From an uncultured virus (IMG/VR IMGVR_UViG_3300025838_000029) (taxonomy: Duplodnaviria; Heunggongvirae; Uroviricota; Caudoviricetes), in IMG/VR virus record IMGVR_UViG_3300025838_000029, positions 1 to 64,000 of that record: 64,000 nt of DNA. The stretch is one strand, 5' to 3'. The notes below the pieces were generated by a model, which saw only the letters and a list, made by a program, of their open reading frames with translations, made no database searches and was not told the DNA's origin. Positions 57,829 to 64,000 of the stretch are shown piece by piece; position 1 is the stretch's first letter, and each line of letters opens with the position of its first letter. The position numbers were made by a program, and so were the translations under genes.

Positions 57829-59604
57829 ATGAACAAGACACTGCATTTCCTTAGTGGTATCCCCAGAAGTGGGAGCACTGTGTTAGCCGCCATTCTTAAT
57901 CAAAACCCGCTAACCCATGTCTCTACCACCTCTGGCCTAGTACACGCCTTGGATGGGCTTGCGAATACGTGGCACTCAGGTCCACTTCTTGTAGACAAAG
58001 ACCCGGATCATAAGCAGCTTTGCGCGGCTATGCGGGGCGTGATTGACAATTTCTACACCGATACCGACAAGCCCGTCATTATCGACAAGTCAAGAGGGTG
58101 GCCGATACCGATTATTATGGGGGCGATGACGCAAGTGCTTGGGAGAAAGCCTCGTATCATTGCAACGGTCAGGTCGATCCCAGATTGCGCGGCGTCTTTC
58201 ATTCGGGTTGCTAAACCCCAAGATCTGGACAAGTTCATCGCTGACGGTCAGTTGATGGAGCATCTGAAGGCGGCTTACATCTCTCTGCAAGAGGGCTGGC
58301 AGGCTGCACCAGAGAACTTCCTGATTGTTGAATATGAAGACCTGTTGGCTGATCCGAAAGAGGTCTTGAACAGGGTCCATGCTTTCCTTGGGCTTCCTGA
58401 CTTCACCTATGACTTTGAGAATATCGACGGGGAGCCTGTTAAGGAAGACGACGAGAACCTTCACGGCTATGCTGGGATGCACGACATTAAGCCGAAGCTG
58501 GAACACCAGCATAAGCAGCATCCGAGAGATGTCCTGAAGGAGCATTATGGGAGCTTCTGCCAGCCTGAGTTCTGGTTGGATAAGCCCAGGACGATCCCTG
58601 ACATCTCTGATCTTGACCTCCAGCTTGTGGCGTCACGGACAGGGGACTTTGAAGAGGGTTGGCGTCTGGCGCAGAAGATGGAACGGGAGATCCCGAATAA
58701 CCATCGTGCGGCTTTCAACCGTGGCTGGTATGCGCTTCGACAGGGCAAGATCCAAGAGGGCTATAAGCTGATGGAGCGCGGCAGATATGTACAAGTCTTT
58801 GGAGATCCGCCACCGGATGCGCCAACGAAGCCTTGGGACGGTCTGGCGAAGGGCATTGTGCTATTGAACCTTGAGCATGGGCTAGGTGATCAGATCCACC
58901 AGATCCGCTTTGCCAAGCATATTGCCAAACGGGCTGGTCGGTGCGTTGTGTCTTGCGCGGGTCAATTGGCGTCCTTGTTTGTGGATGTTGAGGGGGTTTC
59001 TGCTGTCGTCCAGAAAGAGGCCAACTTCGGTATCTACCATGACTTCTACGTCCAGGGGATGAGTGCAATCCTGCCGCTTGGGTTTGAACTGCCTGACATT
59101 ACGGGTGAGGCTTATATCAGGAAGCCGAATGTCATTCGTGGCAAGAAGTTCCGCATTGGCCTGCGCTGGCTTGGTTCCACTCGCTTTGAGCCGGATCATG
59201 TGAAGAGGTTCCCCCATGAACTGCTGTTCAATGCGGTCAAGGACATTCCTGACGTTGAGTTCGTAAGCCTCCAGAGGGATGAGGGTGCCGAGCATCGCCC
59301 CTATTGGTGCCGTGAGGTTCCGCTTCAGTCTTGGGAGGATACGCGCAATGCTGTCGCCTCCTGTGACTTGGTGATTTCGTCCTGCACCTCTATCTCTCAC
59401 TTGTCAGCAGCGATGGGCGTTGAGACTTGGGTTATCACGCCAATCATGCCATACCACTTATATGCGCTTGATGGCGAGAAGACTCCTTACTATGACCATA
59501 TGCGCCTGTTCAGGCAGGAAGTGTTTGGGGAGTGGGAGCATCCCTTCATCAACATAAACAAACGACTGATGGAACGGTTCAGTTCCAAGATGGCAGCGGA
59601 ATAG
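57829..59604 (+). CDS. sulfotransferase - TPR - GT9-like glycosyltransferase fusion
   Basis: SGIPRSGSTVL (5'-PSB), DKSRGW, TVR....AASF (3'-PB), VEYEDL; EHGLGDQI...RF, DLVISSCTSISHLSAAMG, TPYY. Confidence 0.9.
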   Translation: MNKTLHFLSGIPRSGSTVLAAILNQNPLTHVSTTSGLVHALDGLANTWHSGPLLVDKDPDHKQLCAAMRGVIDNFYTDTDKPVIIDKSRGWPIPIIMGAMTQVLGRKPRIIATVRSIPDCAASFIRVAKPQDLDKFIADGQLMEHLKAAYISLQEGWQAAPENFLIVEYEDLLADPKEVLNRVHAFLGLPDFTYDFENIDGEPVKEDDENLHGYAGMHDIKPKLEHQHKQHPRDVLKEHYGSFCQPEFWLDKPRTIPDISDLDLQLVASRTGDFEEGWRLAQKMEREIPNNHRAAFNRGWYALRQGKIQEGYKLMERGRYVQVFGDPPPDAPTKPWDGLAKGIVLLNLEHGLGDQIHQIRFAKHIAKRAGRCVVSCAGQLASLFVDVEGVSAVVQKEANFGIYHDFYVQGMSAILPLGFELPDITGEAYIRKPNVIRGKKFRIGLRWLGSTRFEPDHVKRFPHELLFNAVKDIPDVEFVSLQRDEGAEHRPYWCREVPLQSWEDTRNAVASCDLVISSCTSISHLSAAMGVETWVITPIMPYHLYALDGEKTPYYDHMRLFRQEVFGEWEHPFININKRLMERFSSKMAAE

Positions 59605-59613
59605 GAGAAGAAA

Positions 59614-60183
59614 ATGGGTTTGTGGGTTCAGGTTCAAAACAACCAAGTGACGGCTTGCATCGACACGCCTCCGGTCACGACGAACGATCCGAATTGGAAA
59701 CCGGCTATTGAGATCAAGCCAGCTTTGAAGCCCTATGTTGAGTATTACGGGCAGGCTGTTTTTGATACGACGCAGAACCCGGTTACGATCACCTATCCGG
59801 TTCTTGAGTGGGATTCAACGACGGCTGCAAGGAATGAGGCTGACGCGAAAGCACAGGAAGCGAAGCAGGCTTATGCGTCTGCTATTGCGAATGGTCTGAT
59901 TATTACGTCTGCTTCGACGCCTGCGATCAATGGGACTTACGCTCTTGAAGATAGCGATATTGCTAACCTCAATGCAGAGGCAAGCTTCATCAGCAATTTC
60001 CAAGAGTTCACGACGATGAACACGAACGCCCTGCCGTGGATCACCATGACGGGCGTTGTGACCTTCCCGTCCCTGCCGTCGTTCATGTCGGTTGCTAAGG
60101 CTGTGGCTCAGTACGTCTCTGCCTGCAAGCTGGCGGCGAATGGCATTGGGACGTTCCCGGCTAACACGGTACAAGTGCCGTGA
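59614..60183 (+). CDS. tail-fibre assembly-like protein (DUF4376-like C-terminus)
   Basis: V.V.NNQV; ITSASTPAINGTYAL, LPWITMTG, AKAVAQYV. Confidence 0.55.
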   Translation: MGLWVQVQNNQVTACIDTPPVTTNDPNWKPAIEIKPALKPYVEYYGQAVFDTTQNPVTITYPVLEWDSTTAARNEADAKAQEAKQAYASAIANGLIITSASTPAINGTYALEDSDIANLNAEASFISNFQEFTTMNTNALPWITMTGVVTFPSLPSFMSVAKAVAQYVSACKLAANGIGTFPANTVQVP

Positions 60184-60337
60184 TAGAAAGGATGCGAAAG
60201 AGGCTTGGCCTTCTGTTTGAGGAGCATAAGAAGCTGGAGGAAGAAATCCAGCTTCTCCTTGAACAGATAAAAGCTCTGGAGCATGAAGAGTATTCCCGTC
60301 GTCATCAGCTTGATGAACTCTGCCCGGACTGAAGATT

Positions 60338-61930
60338 ATGAAGCTTGGAAAACTGCCTGCCGTTGTTGATCCGAAAGTCCCGGTATTTTCCAGAGCTTGC
60401 ACTCCTCCTGTCCCTCCGGTAACGGCTGATTGGTGTTCAAAGGTCGCAGACTGGCCTTTGGATAAGAATGACACGGTGGGGGACTGCACGATTGCGGCGG
60501 CTCAACACTTGATCCAGGCATGGACGACTTATGCCGGGAACCCGGTGATAGTGTCTGAGGCTGACGTGTTAGCAGCGTATTCTGCGATCTCTGGATATAA
60601 CGGGACGCCTGCGACGGACGTTGGGTGTGTTGAGTTATCGGTTCTGAAATATTGGCAGGCGACGGGGATTGGGGGCCATAAGATTAACTCGTTTGCGGCT
60701 CTTAACATTGCCAACCTGAATGAGATCAAGGCTGCGATTAATTGGTTCGGGGGAATTTATATCGGGGTGAGGTTGCCGATTTCGGCACAGACGCAACCGG
60801 CTGTCTGGGATGTCGTTCCGGGTTCAACGGGGATACCTGGATCGTGGGGAGGACATGCTGTTTGTGTCCAGTCTTATGATGCGACAGGCATAACCGTCAT
60901 CTCGTGGGGCAAGACGATCAAGATGACGTGGGCTTTCTGGCTGGCCTATGTTGACGAGGCGTATGCGGTTGTTTCGACGGATTTCTTGAATGCACAGGGT
61001 GTTGATCCGCAAGGGTTGACGCTGGCTAACCTCATCGCTGACGAGGCTCTCCTTGCTGCTAACGTGTCAGGACCGAGTGATGCCCTGGTGACGTTTATCA
61101 ATGCGGCGACTGCGCCTTCAAGTGGCGTGGGTGCTTTATTGGCTCCTAACCTTCTTCTGACTGCCGCGCCTGAGATGGCTCTTGGCGGGATTAACTTCCC
61201 TATCTTGGCGGGTGGGACTCAGGTTGATGGCGTGACGGCGGTTCAGGCTGGGACGAGGTATGCGCTTGGGTTGCTGTCCACTCCCTATATGTGCAGCGGA
61301 TATCTTGGGTACATGTCAGGATGGAGCGGCGGTCAGGCGACGATAGCTTATGGGAACAACCAGTTTGCGAGTCAGGTGTTTGCGCCTGACTTTACGACGA
61401 CGGTTCTTGCTAATAGCGCGGGTGGTCTGGTGATCGTTGGTACGTCTATAGTTGGCGTGATGATCACGACAAGTTCGGCTTATATCTTTAGCTCTGCCGA
61501 CATTGACCAGATAGAGAGTTTCATCACGACCCTGACGGGGGCGGCTCCTGCGATAGTCAGGTTATATGGCGGGATCTTAGGGCGTTACCCGACGATAGCT
61601 GAGAACCAGTGGTACACGAAGAACCTGTATCTTCCTGCCTATAACGCGTCACCAGGATCTGCGTTGCATGTGCTGGGAAACAATCTTGGTATTCTTTACT
61701 GCTTTACGCACTCGCCAGAGTTCATGGGTGGGAGTAGTGGTTATGGCAAAGACCCAGTAGCCTATGTGACATATTTGTACCAGAATGCCTTGGGGCGCTC
61801 TCCTTCTACTAGTGAGCTTACTTGGTATGTGGCACAATTAAAAAGCCGTGATCTCTGGGATGTTGTCGCACTGAACATCACTCAGAGCGATGAGGCCAGA
61901 GCTTACAACGGTGTTTGGAATCAGCAATAA
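60338..61930 (+). CDS. papain-like cysteine peptidase + degenerate trypsin-like region + DUF4214 domain
   Basis: NDTVGDCTIAA (Cys), GGHAV (His), VISWG; GVGALLAPNLLLTAAP; RLY..ILGR.P, YVTYLYQNALGRSP. Confidence 0.75.
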   Translation: MKLGKLPAVVDPKVPVFSRACTPPVPPVTADWCSKVADWPLDKNDTVGDCTIAAAQHLIQAWTTYAGNPVIVSEADVLAAYSAISGYNGTPATDVGCVELSVLKYWQATGIGGHKINSFAALNIANLNEIKAAINWFGGIYIGVRLPISAQTQPAVWDVVPGSTGIPGSWGGHAVCVQSYDATGITVISWGKTIKMTWAFWLAYVDEAYAVVSTDFLNAQGVDPQGLTLANLIADEALLAANVSGPSDALVTFINAATAPSSGVGALLAPNLLLTAAPEMALGGINFPILAGGTQVDGVTAVQAGTRYALGLLSTPYMCSGYLGYMSGWSGGQATIAYGNNQFASQVFAPDFTTTVLANSAGGLVIVGTSIVGVMITTSSAYIFSSADIDQIESFITTLTGAAPAIVRLYGGILGRYPTIAENQWYTKNLYLPAYNASPGSALHVLGNNLGILYCFTHSPEFMGGSSGYGKDPVAYVTYLYQNALGRSPSTSELTWYVAQLKSRDLWDVVALNITQSDEARAYNGVWNQQ

Positions 61931-61934
61931 TGCC

Positions 61935-62417
61935 ATGGCAGATCCCGTATCCATTGATGTTGATCTCTTAGCCAAACAGATTGGTGGTTGGGCTGGGGCG
62001 ATATTGGCGATGAGTGGTGCCTTGTATGGCATCCTCCGTATGCGGAATAATGACAAGCGGTCTGATGAGAAGAACTTTGAGATTGATCTGTTTTATCGGG
62101 GGATAACAGATCGGATTAAGGAGTTAGAGCGTCGGATTGATGAGGGGAACACCAAATACGCGGAGCTATTGAAGAGTGCGGCTGAAGAGAGGATTCTGGC
62201 TCTTCAGGATAAAGTGAACCTAAGTAACAAGCTTCAAGTTATGACGGATGAGATTGATGAGCTTCGCATGAGCAATGCGATGCTGAGAAGTGAGGTTGAA
62301 GAGCTAAAAAAACAGGAGGTCGCCTTATTAGCTGAGAACGCTACATTGAAGGGGAAGACTCCAGGACGCAGGGCTGCTGATCCTCCTGCTGAAGAATGGT
62401 ATATAACAGGGGGATGA
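61935..62417 (+). CDS. membrane-anchored coiled-coil protein (holin-like position)
   Basis: N-terminal TM IGGWAGAILAMSGALYGIL, then a coiled coil. Confidence 0.55.
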   Translation: MADPVSIDVDLLAKQIGGWAGAILAMSGALYGILRMRNNDKRSDEKNFEIDLFYRGITDRIKELERRIDEGNTKYAELLKSAAEERILALQDKVNLSNKLQVMTDEIDELRMSNAMLRSEVEELKKQEVALLAENATLKGKTPGRRAADPPAEEWYITGG

Positions 62418-62418
62418 C

Positions 62419-62781
62419 ATGAGCATGATCAATTTAATCCCCTGGCAGCATGGAGTTCTATGGACATTAACGTTGTTCTGCCTCTTTGTTCATTCACAGG
62501 TTGTAATTGTTGGGGCGATTATTGCGTATAAGGCAATAGAGAATAAGGCCGCACGAGCAGCCAGAGATACAATTTATATATCTTGTCTCTCTTTGTTATT
62601 TGTTGCATTGCAAGCAGACTGGATTATCGAGGGGTATACTGTTACAAAGATAAAGGCTATTTCCGATATCGGGTGGCGTCTTTTCGATTGTGGTGTCGGT
62701 GTTGCTTTATTGAGGCATATGAATGTCAGACGATGCTTCGCATGTGCATACTGGGGGAAAGGACGCTCGAATGACTGTTAA
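62419..62781 (+). CDS. multi-TM membrane protein
   Basis: Two to three hydrophobic segments. Confidence 0.55.
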   Translation: MSMINLIPWQHGVLWTLTLFCLFVHSQVVIVGAIIAYKAIENKAARAARDTIYISCLSLLFVALQADWIIEGYTVTKIKAISDIGWRLFDCGVGVALLRHMNVRRCFACAYWGKGRSNDC

Positions 62782-63478
62782 AGCTGTCGTTGCTGCTGTC
62801 TTTGTCTCGATTGGTCTTGGTTCTTTTATTGTCTGGCTTGATGTCATACGACCTATGAGACTAGTTACACAGATTCACCCTCCTTATCAGACGCTGAGTG
62901 GAAACCGTGTTGGAGGCTCTCTTACTGAGATTGTGCTTTGTGCCGCAACGAAGGTCGGCCATCCATTCACATTAGAATGGGGTCCGTGGGCTGAGATGCA
63001 GGATAGAGTTTATAACAGTAAAGCAGACGCTTTCTTTGGGGCATTCAGGACAACGTGGCGGGACAGTTTTGCGACGGCCTCAAACCCTATTCTTCCTGCG
63101 CGGATCGTGAAGATCGTTGCTAATCACCTCCCTCATTACCCTCCTATCATTGGCGTCAAGATGGGTGCGGGAGTAAGTTCTCAAGCGATAACATCTGGGG
63201 CTGTTGCGATACGCCACGAGTTCATGGACAATTATGAGATCGTTGATGCTTTGCTTGATGATACGATTGATTTTGCATTCTTGGATATCGTGATCTTAAA
63301 TGAGATCCTGATGGAGAAGAGGCTTCCCCTGGACACCTTTAAGACAAGCTACATATACGATGAAAGCTATTCGGTGTATTTTTCCAATAAGTTTCTGGAA
63401 ACCCATCCAGGGTTTTTGAGTTCATTTAATAAATCTTTGATAGAATGTAATCCTGCGTCTCAGGAGAGAGTTAAATGA
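62771..63478 (+). CDS. periplasmic solute-binding protein (family 3-like), membrane anchored
   Basis: HPPYQ...GG...EIV, PWAE, ADAFF, F...FN..L. Confidence 0.75.
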   Translation: MTVKAVVAAVFVSIGLGSFIVWLDVIRPMRLVTQIHPPYQTLSGNRVGGSLTEIVLCAATKVGHPFTLEWGPWAEMQDRVYNSKADAFFGAFRTTWRDSFATASNPILPARIVKIVANHLPHYPPIIGVKMGAGVSSQAITSGAVAIRHEFMDNYEIVDALLDDTIDFAFLDIVILNEILMEKRLPLDTFKTSYIYDESYSVYFSNKFLETHPGFLSSFNKSLIECNPASQERVK

Positions 63479-63491
63479 ATGGTATTGTGAA

Positions 63492-64000
63492 GTGACAGCC
63501 ATACCTATCGATATAAGCTTTGCTCCTGGTGTATCCAGAGACACCACATTATTTGATACGCAAACTGCGCTTGATGTGTTGTGGTGCAGATTCCGTAATG
63601 GTCGCCCTCGTAAGATGGGTGGATATCAACGTATTACGGATAATCTTTCAGGCGTCCCTAGGCGCATCCATATTTTCTATCAAGGTTCTCAGGCAATCAT
63701 TCACATCGGAACGACAGCGGGGTTGCAGCAGGTCGTTATCGATTACAATGGTAACTTCATAAGTTCTGCGGATAGAACCCCTGTATCAGGGTTTACGCCT
63801 AGCGCGAATATCGGGTGGACCTTAGACTCGATCTTCGATACCAATACTGGCGTCGTGAACCTTATAGCTCACGCTACCGCTGATTCAAACGCTCCGTATA
63901 ATCTGACCCAGACCGTTCCATTTATCGGGCAGATTACGCTGACTACTGTTCTGGTGAAGTTTTCAGATCCGGGGTCTTACGGTGGTGGGGCGTGGACTCA
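63492..64000 (+). CDS. tail nozzle / DNA stabilisation protein (truncated at the window end)
   Basis: GTG start; MTAIPIDISFAPGVSRDTT...WCRFRNGRPRKMGGY; frame appears open to the window edge. Confidence 0.65.
   Translation, partial: MTAIPIDISFAPGVSRDTTLFDTQTALDVLWCRFRNGRPRKMGGYQRITDNLSGVPRRIHIFYQGSQAIIHIGTTAGLQQVVIDYNGNFISSADRTPVSGFTPSANIGWTLDSIFDTNTGVVNLIAHATADSNAPYNLTQTVPFIGQITLTTVLVKFSDPGSYGGGAWT

Noticed and set aside
1..64000. Stop-codon reassignment, tRNA or rRNA genes
   Set aside because: Core genes are intact in code 11 and end in all three stop codons. No cloverleaf or rRNA was recognised by eye; tRNAscan would be needed to exclude tRNAs.

Overview
The window is 64 kb of a tailed dsDNA phage (Caudoviricetes) genome, probably podovirus-like. 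An alphaproteobacterial host is inferred but not shown. No host genes, integrase, CI repressor, tRNA, rRNA, CRISPR array or reverse transcriptase were recognised. Layout: (1-7.6 kb, minus) accessory and recombination arm with a pentapeptide-repeat protein, a methyltransferase, NinB-like, RecT-like and YqaJ-like genes and an exact 209-bp duplication. (7.7-15.6 kb, plus) Cro-like gene, VRR-NUC, an MT-A70 / radical SAM / PAPS-reductase-family cluster, helicase and primase. (16-22.5 kb, mostly minus) small early genes, with TerS embedded on the plus strand. (22.7-23.2 kb) non-coding switch region with three FNR-type boxes, G/C tracts and a flip in strand composition. (23.3-28.5 kb) TerL and portal. 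(28.7-33.2 kb, minus) inserted operon encoding an HTH protein, a lipoprotein, a secreted protein, a GT41 (OGT/SPINDLY-like) enzyme and a TPR-GT9-like enzyme. (33.2-64 kb, plus) GroES-like chaperonin, scaffold, major capsid, GG-motif and His-rich proteins, an HNH endonuclease, fibre and tail genes, a 21-repeat RCC1 protein, a sulfotransferase-TPR-glycosyltransferase fusion, a papain-like/DUF4214 protein and a solute-binding protein. The best candidate for an undescribed system is a phage-encoded protein glycosylation/sulfation toolkit linked to a variable triple beta-propeller adhesin. All product calls come from motif recognition by eye; no database search was run.
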